Of a stretch of DNA of 36,695 nucleotides, positions 31,921 through 36,695 are shown one piece after another. Source of the DNA: a virus; the IMG/VR virus record IMGVR_UViG_3300043959_000048. One strand, 5' to 3'. Made by a program: the position numbers and the translations under genes. The notes below the pieces were generated by a model that had not been told where the DNA came from, did no database searches, and was given only the letters and a program-made list of their open reading frames with translations. Each line of letters starts with the position of its first letter. The first letter of the stretch is position 1.

Positions 31921-32097
31921 CTATTCTTCTTCCTTGTTGCTTAAATATGATTTGGTTGGTGTCCATCCGCAGTTGCGGTGGCCGGGGTGTTTCATGCGGT
32001 GCGCGGCTATGATCTGCACTGCGATCTCTAGGGGGCAGTCGTCATGCAATACGCCTTCGACGTGGCAGCGGGGAGAATACAGTCGACGCTTACTCAT
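31921..32097 (-). CDS. Small Cys/His-rich ORF (58 aa), below the ORF-track cutoff
   Basis: Hand translation: MSKRRLYSPRCHVEGVLHDDCPLEIAVQIIAAHRMKHPGHRNCGWTPTKSYLSNKEEE. It has an ATGAGTAA overlap with the upstream stop and fills the gap exactly. Confidence 0.5.
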   Translation of the reverse strand: MSKRRLYSPRCHVEGVLHDDCPLEIAVQIIAAHRMKHPGHRNCGWTPTKSYLSNKEEE

Positions 32098-32407
32098 CCG
32101 ATCCGGCCGCCTGTTCCAACGTCACGTCCTGCTGCTTGGGGTGGCGCAGATTCTGGATCGCCATGTTCGTTTGCCGGATGATCTGATTCATGGTGCGTGC
32201 CACGTTGATGACGGCAAGCTGGTTGCCGCCGTAGATCGGCTGCTTGTCGTTCTCGAGCGCTTTCTGCGCGGCGCTGATGAAGTCGGCTGCCGCATCCTGC
32301 ACCTTGTTGGCTTTGATGAGGAGCGGGGCGAGATAGGGATGCAGATCCGGCGCGTCATCGTCGAATAACGGGTGCTGCTCCGCTGTGGTTTTGGTCGTTG
32401 CGGTCAT
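32090..32407 (-). CDS. Hypothetical protein (105 aa)
   Basis: SD AAGGAGA. Confidence 0.55.
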   Translation of the reverse strand: MTATTKTTAEQHPLFDDDAPDLHPYLAPLLIKANKVQDAAADFISAAQKALENDKQPIYGGNQLAVINVARTMNQIIRQTNMAIQNLRHPKQQDVTLEQAAGSDE

Positions 32408-32437
32408 GATGTTTTCTCCTTGATTATTGGTTGTTGT

Positions 32438-32869
32438 TTATATGGGGTTGATGCTGACGAGCGTGTGTGTCACGTATGGTTCGTTGTGGTGGGTGAGTTG
32501 GTCGCCGGCACGCCGGTTTCGCATGGTCCCAGGTCTGTACCCACGGACGCGCTGGTCGGGCATGATCTTCGTGGCGTGGAACCGTATGACCTGCGCGTCG
32601 TCCTGGTAGGCGAGTCCGTTGAGCGCGTCCATGACGAGCTTCAATAGGTTGTCCAGATCCGGGCGGCCTCGCTTCGACATGTAGAACACGGCGGATATTT
32701 CGACCGGCCCGTCGTTTGGCGTGGAATCCGGGTAACGCGTTTGGAAGGCGGCTCGTACTCGTTTCTCGGCGTCCAGTGTGCGTTTCGGGGTGATGCCGTG
32801 CCCTTGGTAGACTCGCGGTCGTGCTTTGGGGATCGGTTCGCCAGGGATTTTGATCGCGTACCCGGTCAT
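32438..32869 (-). CDS. rusA: RusA-family Holliday junction resolvase
   Basis: Start at ATG 32869 (MTGYAIKIPGEPIPKARPR...). Motif: RPDLDNLLKLVMDALNGLAYQDDAQV. Confidence 0.85.
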   Translation of the reverse strand: MTGYAIKIPGEPIPKARPRVYQGHGITPKRTLDAEKRVRAAFQTRYPDSTPNDGPVEISAVFYMSKRGRPDLDNLLKLVMDALNGLAYQDDAQVIRFHATKIMPDQRVRGYRPGTMRNRRAGDQLTHHNEPYVTHTLVSINPI

Positions 32870-33039
32870 GATCGTGCCTCGTTCTGCAATGCCTGGATGG
32901 TGACGTCCATGCGCAGGATCGTGTCGTGGCACTGGTCGAGGAAATCGTCGACGGCGTCCATGTCATAGCCCTCGCGTAGGCGGTGCGTGGGAAATTCCTT
33001 GGTTTTCACGTCGCCGGGGGTGAGCAGATCACTTGCCAT
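32866..33039 (-). CDS. DivIVA-domain mini-protein (57 aa), below the ORF-track cutoff
   Basis: Hand translation: MASDLLTPGDVKTKEFPTHRLREGYDMDAVDDFLDQCHDTILRMDVTIQALQNEARS. SD GGAGG with a 5-nt spacer. ATGA overlap with rusA. It matches the DivIVA N-terminal signature L-T-P-x-D-(V/I)-x-x-K-x-F-x(4-5)-R-x-G-Y-x-x-x-x-V-D-x-F-L. Confidence 0.75.
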   Translation of the reverse strand: MASDLLTPGDVKTKEFPTHRLREGYDMDAVDDFLDQCHDTILRMDVTIQALQNEARS

Positions 33040-33223
33040 CGTCGCCTCCAGTGATCATGAGAATCAGCAGGCCGAGCATGAGCATCAGGAATGGGATCAG
33101 GCTGAACACGTCGTGGATGATGCCGTAAACGAACCAGATTCCCATGATGATCGCGATCGTGGCGATGATCGCGTCGAACAGCAGGCGCCATGTGATGAGG
33201 TTCTTGATTTCCTGTGGTGTCAT
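33029..33223 (-). CDS. Small membrane protein (64 aa, 2 TM)
   Basis: Start at ATG 33223 (ATGA overlap). It has two long hydrophobic segments. Confidence 0.55.
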   Translation of the reverse strand: MTPQEIKNLITWRLLFDAIIATIAIIMGIWFVYGIIHDVFSLIPFLMLMLGLLILMITGGDDGK

Positions 33224-33504
33224 GATTTGTCTCCGAGCCATTGATTGATGCTTTGGACGCTGACGAGTATCTTGCGGCCAGCGCGGCGTGCTCTCAATGC
33301 GCCCTGGTCGATGAGCTTGCGTGTGATGTGCGGGTCGCTGATGGAGAGCAGGCGGCTTGCTTCCTTGAGGCTGACGGCTTTGGGCTGTGCGCGTCGCCGC
33401 GCTTCGAGCAGTTCGATGGCCGCGAATATCTGCTCCAGGGTCGCTATTGTCTGCTTGCGGGGCTGTTCGGGCGGGGCGGGCGGCTGTAATGCGATGTTGC
33501 TCAT
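33220..33504 (-). CDS. Excisionase-family (HTH_17/MerR-like) DNA-binding protein; candidate Xis
   Basis: VSLKEASRLLSISDPHITRKLIDQGALRARRAGRKILVSVQSINQWL fits the excisionase-type winged HTH pattern. There is no other Xis candidate near int. Confidence 0.55.
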   Translation of the reverse strand: MSNIALQPPAPPEQPRKQTIATLEQIFAAIELLEARRRAQPKAVSLKEASRLLSISDPHITRKLIDQGALRARRAGRKILVSVQSINQWLGDKS

Positions 33505-33713
33505 TCCACGCCTCTTACCGCTCCGTAGCGCACTCCGCTGAAGAATTTACGCAGTTCGTACGCGCTGCCGATAGTGATTAGTTGGCCGGTCTCATCGCGC
33601 AGTTTGAACTTCGTGCCGTTCGTGGCTTCGATCTTGAACGCGATGCCGGTGTCTTTTTCGATCTTGTCTGCTATCCCGATCAGCTCAAAGAGCCGTAAAC
33701 TTGTGTTTGGCAT
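33501..33713 (-). CDS. Hypothetical protein (70 aa)
   Basis: Second gene of the early operon; its stop overlaps the next start. Confidence 0.5.
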   Translation of the reverse strand: MPNTSLRLFELIGIADKIEKDTGIAFKIEATNGTKFKLRDETGQLITIGSAYELRKFFSGVRYGAVRGVE

Positions 33714-33740
33714 TTGATGCTCCTAGAAATGTGTTGGATG

Positions 33741-33989
33741 TCACTGGGCTCCCGTTGCAGCGGGGGCCTTCTTCACGTCTGTGGTGGATTGCTGGCGGTG
33801 GCTTTTCAGGTAGTTGAGGACGTCCTCCTTGGCGTAGAGGATCATCTTGCCGACCTTCGAATATTTAGGGCCGATGCCCGCTGACCGCCAGTAGCCGAGC
33901 GTCCCTATCGGTATCCCGGTGAGGTCGGATACCGCTTTCGGCGAATTTATCGGCTTGAGCCGTTCGTCGAGTTCCGTGAATGGGATCAT
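33741..33989 (-). CDS. Cro-like / AlpA-type HTH protein, first early lytic gene
   Basis: PKAVSDLTGIPIGTLGYWRSAGIGPKYSKVGKMILYAKEDVLNYL is an HTH_17-type motif. It is divergent from the repressor gene across a 118-bp switch region. Confidence 0.7.
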   Translation of the reverse strand: MIPFTELDERLKPINSPKAVSDLTGIPIGTLGYWRSAGIGPKYSKVGKMILYAKEDVLNYLKSHRQQSTTDVKKAPAATGAQ

Positions 33990-34034
33990 GTTCTGCTTTC
34001 ACTTCCTTTTAGTGTTTCAAAGCTGATAACTTGT

Positions 34035-34063
34035 AATCTAACACAAGGTTTCTTTATTGACAA
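34035..34063 (-). promoter_or_regulatory. Early lytic promoter (minus strand)
   Basis: On the minus strand: TTGTCA (34063-34058), 17 nt, TAGATT (34040-34035), preceded by TGT (extended -10). Confidence 0.5.
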
Positions 34064-34071
34064 CTACTGAG

Positions 34072-34100
34072 TTGATTCGGGCATGTCGTGTTGTTATAAT
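34072..34100 (+). promoter_or_regulatory. Repressor promoter giving a leaderless transcript
   Basis: TTGATT (34072-34077), 17 nt, TATAAT (34095-34100), with TGT directly upstream (extended -10). The ATG at 34108 starts 8 nt after the -10 box and no SD lies between them. Confidence 0.6.
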
Positions 34101-34107
34101 TGAAAAC

Positions 34108-34911
34108 ATGAGAATTCAGAACGCAATAGGCGAATACGTGCATGAGTGTCGGACAACATATAATCTGACGCTCGATCAGATCGCCACCGAATCACGCAGA
34201 TACGGCAGCAATTGGAACTCCGGCTCCATAAAGAAGCTCGAGGGTGGGCAAGTCGCCGCCACGCTCGAGAATATGCTCATAATCGCCAGGACGATCAACT
34301 CGCTCACCAATGGCGACATATCATTAGCTGACATGTTTTCGGACGATGATTCCGTGGATCTGGGAGATCGCATAGTGGAAAGCGACGAGATACGACGAAC
34401 GCTCAACGGATCTTCCGTGCTGTTCGAGGTGTCAGCGAACAGCGATGTGAGATCACGGGCCACCGAGGTTTTCATGTCATCCATGCCCGAGATAATGCAG
34501 CAGGTCTCCACCGCGATTATCGGATCCCTTCCTGACGATGATTGGGGGAGAGCCGATGCCCATGAGCCGAGCCTTGCTGAGCATCGTGCCGCGAAAAAGC
34601 TGGGCATTACTCCGGTTGCCGTGGCTGCGCTCTGTTTAACGCGTTACGGACGGTTCCTCGATGACGAGGCGGCTCGCAGAGCAGGCGATGGCGCGTCGCC
34701 GCAGAAACGAGGTCGCGAGACACGTGGCATCGTCGAAGAACTCGACCTGCTGCTCGAGGAAATGATGAATTCCGAATCCCATGCCTCTGCCCCTGGCGTG
34801 CTTTCCGAGGAGGAGCGCAAGCGCCGCGCCATTGCCGACCTGAACCTCGCGGCGAATGACAATCCGGATAAGGAGGCGGAAAGCGAATACTTTGCCGACG
34901 AGGGAGCCTGA
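34108..34911 (+). CDS. XRE-family (Cro/CI-type HTH) prophage repressor, ImmR-like, no S24 peptidase domain
   Basis: Start taken at ATG 34108 (MRIQNAIGEYVHECRTTYNLTLDQIATESRRYG...IKKLEGGQ); the ORF-track TTG start at 34057 lies inside the promoter. The long C-terminal region has no LexA-like Ser/Lys motifs that I can see. Confidence 0.8.
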   Translation: MRIQNAIGEYVHECRTTYNLTLDQIATESRRYGSNWNSGSIKKLEGGQVAATLENMLIIARTINSLTNGDISLADMFSDDDSVDLGDRIVESDEIRRTLNGSSVLFEVSANSDVRSRATEVFMSSMPEIMQQVSTAIIGSLPDDDWGRADAHEPSLAEHRAAKKLGITPVAVAALCLTRYGRFLDDEAARRAGDGASPQKRGRETRGIVEELDLLLEEMMNSESHASAPGVLSEEERKRRAIADLNLAANDNPDKEAESEYFADEGA

Positions 34912-34921
34912 CTTCGCGCGA

Positions 34922-35329
34922 ATGAGATATGGCGACATGCGGCGCTACGCCGATTCTCTCGGCGTCACCGTATGCAGCGAACATCTCTCCAGCGGCAGGC
35001 AGGGATTATATTCCGCCAAGCTTGACATGATCGTCATTGACCGCGCAATCACCTATACCGCCAAGCGCTGCACTCTCATGCATGAGCTTGTCCACTGGAG
35101 GCACGGAGACAGGATATGCGATTCAGCCATCGGGGCGCGAATCGAGAATCGTGCGAGACGAGAGACGGCTATGCTGCTCGTTGCGCCTGCTGACTATGCG
35201 CTGGCCGAGCAGGTCTACGAGGGGGATGTTTTCAGGATTGCCGCCGAGTTGGATGTGACGCGGCAGGTCGTCGAAGATTATCAGTCCATGGTGCTATCGC
35301 GATTGCGCGAAACACGGGAAGCGATATAG
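34922..35329 (+). CDS. ImmA/IrrE-family zinc metalloprotease (anti-repressor protease)
   Basis: HEXXH in CTLMHELVHWRHGD. It is located immediately downstream of the XRE repressor. The start is uncertain (ATG 34922 or 34937). Confidence 0.8.
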   Translation: MRYGDMRRYADSLGVTVCSEHLSSGRQGLYSAKLDMIVIDRAITYTAKRCTLMHELVHWRHGDRICDSAIGARIENRARRETAMLLVAPADYALAEQVYEGDVFRIAAELDVTRQVVEDYQSMVLSRLRETREAI

Positions 35330-35359
35330 TTTCTTTCAGGCGCTGTTGCCTGAAAGAAA
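35330..35359 (+). other. Perfect 12-bp-stem hairpin between ImmA gene and membrane-protein gene
   Basis: TTTCTTTCAGGC-gctgtt-GCCTGAAAGAAA. There is no downstream U-run, so it could be an attenuator, a processing site or an operator. Confidence 0.4.
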
Positions 35360-35379
35360 GATAGAGAAGGGGAGAAATC

Positions 35380-36573
35380 ATGACCAATCCAATAATCCCA
35401 CAGCAACCAGCGCCGCAAGGCCCCGAAGAAATCCAGCCCCATTACTCCGCCTACCCACAACAAGGACAGCAGCAACATGCGACTCCGCCCACGCCAATAC
35501 CACCAATAGACCCGAATCAGCCCCACCGCCGCGATCTCCGCCAGACAAACAAAGGTACAAGCGGACTCGCCATTACCGCCCTAGTAATCGGAATTATCAG
35601 TATCGTGCTTTCCTGGGTTCCGATAATCAACAATTTCGCTGCTTTCCTAGCTTTGGTCGGCATAATATTCGGAATCATAGGAATCACCAGAACCGGTCAC
35701 AGAAGCAAGAAAAAAGGTCGCGGGATAGCAATAGCTGGAACCGTGCTGTCTGTAATAGCCATCATCGTCACACTTATCACCCAATCTGCCTATGGGAAAG
35801 CCTTAGACAAGGTGACAAACACTGGTTCGACGCCAAAAGCAAGCTCAGCTACAATCAAGAAGGACAACCTTGCTGCATGTAAGACTCTTCTGGGCGATGA
35901 TATGAAAATCGTCACAGGCATCCCGGATCTGATCACCGGGATAGGGGACAATGCCACAACAAAGCAACAGGATCAACTCGAGAAAACGCATCTGAAAATC
36001 GAGGATGCGCGCAAACAAGCTGAAAGCGGTCTCGCAGGCCATCTCGCCTCTCTCGATACCCCGTTTAAACAAGCATATGACGTCATGCACGGCGGCGGCG
36101 GATCGATCGATATGGATACATCGCATGTGGAAAACGACATAACCAACGTCATGAATGACTGTGCTGATGCAGGATATAAAATCGCCGATACGAACACGGA
36201 CGAATCCTCCGACTCCTCTGTGGACGAGAAGCCTCTGGCAAGCGTTTCAGGTGGCAAATATGCCGGCAAAGATAACACAGGATTCGGCAGTGGAACATTC
36301 ACGGTTCGCAATGACAGCGACAAGCCGCTGAAATCGGTGTCGCTGACTGTTTCGGAACTGGACGCATCGGGCAATATCCTGCAGGAGACGTATCCGCAGC
36401 TCGATAGCGATCTGCAGCCAGGGCAAAGCGCGAATCTCGAATACCTGCTCAGCCCCGACGATCTCACGAAAACGCGTTCCGTGCAGGTCACGAAGCTCTC
36501 GTGGATGCTCGACGATAACGGGGACGGATTCCAGGAGGTAAGCGTTTCCTCCGACCCGGTGCAAGTGAAATGA
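35380..36573 (+). CDS. Membrane protein: Pro/Gln-rich N-terminus, DUF4190-like TM hairpin plus third TM, large extracytoplasmic domain ending in an Ig-like (DUF4352-like) module; candidate superinfection-exclusion / lysogenic-conversion factor
   Basis: SD GGGGAG. TM segments are GLAITALVIGIISIVLSWVPII, FAAFLALVGIIFGIIGI and IAIAGTVLSVIAIIVTLI. The C-terminus reads FTVRNDSDKPLKSVSLTVSELDASGNILQ. It is the last gene before attR, co-oriented with the repressor, and visibly more A/T-rich than the structural genes. Confidence 0.75.
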   Translation: MTNPIIPQQPAPQGPEEIQPHYSAYPQQGQQQHATPPTPIPPIDPNQPHRRDLRQTNKGTSGLAITALVIGIISIVLSWVPIINNFAAFLALVGIIFGIIGITRTGHRSKKKGRGIAIAGTVLSVIAIIVTLITQSAYGKALDKVTNTGSTPKASSATIKKDNLAACKTLLGDDMKIVTGIPDLITGIGDNATTKQQDQLEKTHLKIEDARKQAESGLAGHLASLDTPFKQAYDVMHGGGGSIDMDTSHVENDITNVMNDCADAGYKIADTNTDESSDSSVDEKPLASVSGGKYAGKDNTGFGSGTFTVRNDSDKPLKSVSLTVSELDASGNILQETYPQLDSDLQPGQSANLEYLLSPDDLTKTRSVQVTKLSWMLDDNGDGFQEVSVSSDPVQVK

Positions 36574-36580
36574 GCCTATA

Positions 36581-36600
36581 GTGTGGTGTTTAGTGTGGTG
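36581..36600 (+). promoter_or_regulatory. Candidate integrase arm-type binding sites (GTGTGGTG x2, 12-bp register), attR arm
   Basis: GTGTGGTG at 36581-36588 and 36593-36600, plus a partial GTGGTG at 36653-36658. Mirrors the pair at 152-171. Confidence 0.4.
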
Positions 36601-36665
36601 GTGTTTTCGGATAGCGTCATTTGATCTGTTGTTTTGATTGCTGTTGTCGGCAGTGGTGGCGGTTA

Positions 36666-36695
36666 CCCGCCCTGTCCGCAATAAGGGTTCCCGGC
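36666..36695. repeat. attR core (direct repeat)
   Basis: Identical to 1-30. Lies directly after the last prophage gene and an arm region with repeated GTGTGGTG motifs. Confidence 0.85.

Larger units (their letters stand above)
1..36695. mobile_element. Complete integrated temperate prophage (siphovirus-type tail, HK97-like head module), attL to attR
   Basis: Perfect 30-bp direct repeat at both window ends. Integrase lies just inside the left end. Full lysogeny, replication, packaging, head, tail and lysis modules are present, with no obviously truncated core gene. Confidence 0.9.

Noticed and set aside
32424-32966. 180-aa minus-strand ORF overlapping rusA in another frame
   Set aside because: The translation is Arg/Pro/His-rich low-complexity sequence. 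The alternative frame gives a clean RusA motif set, and the upstream part is occupied by the DivIVA-domain ORF, which has a strong SD.

Overview
The window is one complete temperate siphovirus-type prophage of about 36.7 kb, cut exactly at its attachment sites. Nucleotides 1-30 are repeated perfectly at 36666-36695. G+C-rich coding, AGGAG-type ribosome binding sites, a LysM endolysin and DivIVA-domain and RusA genes suggest an actinobacterial (Bifidobacterium-like) host; that host call is inference only.

Layout, left to right:
- attL, then a tyrosine integrase (+).
- A promoter-equipped 3-gene cargo operon (+), ending at a convergent terminator.
- About 30 kb on the minus strand, read right to left: Cro-like and Xis-like HTH genes, a DivIVA-domain mini-protein, RusA, and a recombination module (coiled-coil protein, PD-(D/E)XK exonuclease, Q-rich SSB-like protein).
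- Then an iteron-rich putative origin, an SF3-helicase/PrimPol fusion, an orphan Dam-family methylase and a chain of ATGA-coupled small ORFs.
- Then a Zn-ribbon/HTH protein, HNH endonuclease, TerS, TerL, portal, HK97-type protease and capsid, and four head-tail connector genes.
- Then major tail protein, G/G-T chaperones (G_GGA_AAA slippery site), tape measure, Dit, a low-GC orphan gene with a 12-nt G/C homopolymer, Tal, a BppU-like fibre, an XhlA-like protein, endolysin and holin.
- Right end (+): an apparently leaderless XRE repressor, an ImmA/IrrE-type metalloprotease, a large membrane protein, attR.

I saw no rRNA, tRNA, CRISPR array, transposase, reverse transcriptase or invertase.

Most interesting items:
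- The candidate phase-variable baseplate gene (8971-9303).
- The operator-controlled cargo operon next to int (1842-3825), including a 400-aa protein with four homing-endonuclease-type DNA-binding repeats.
- The permuted helicase-then-PrimPol replication protein next to an iteron array.
- Several well-supported ORFs below the 60-aa cutoff of the ORF track.

All family assignments come from motifs read by eye. No searches were run.
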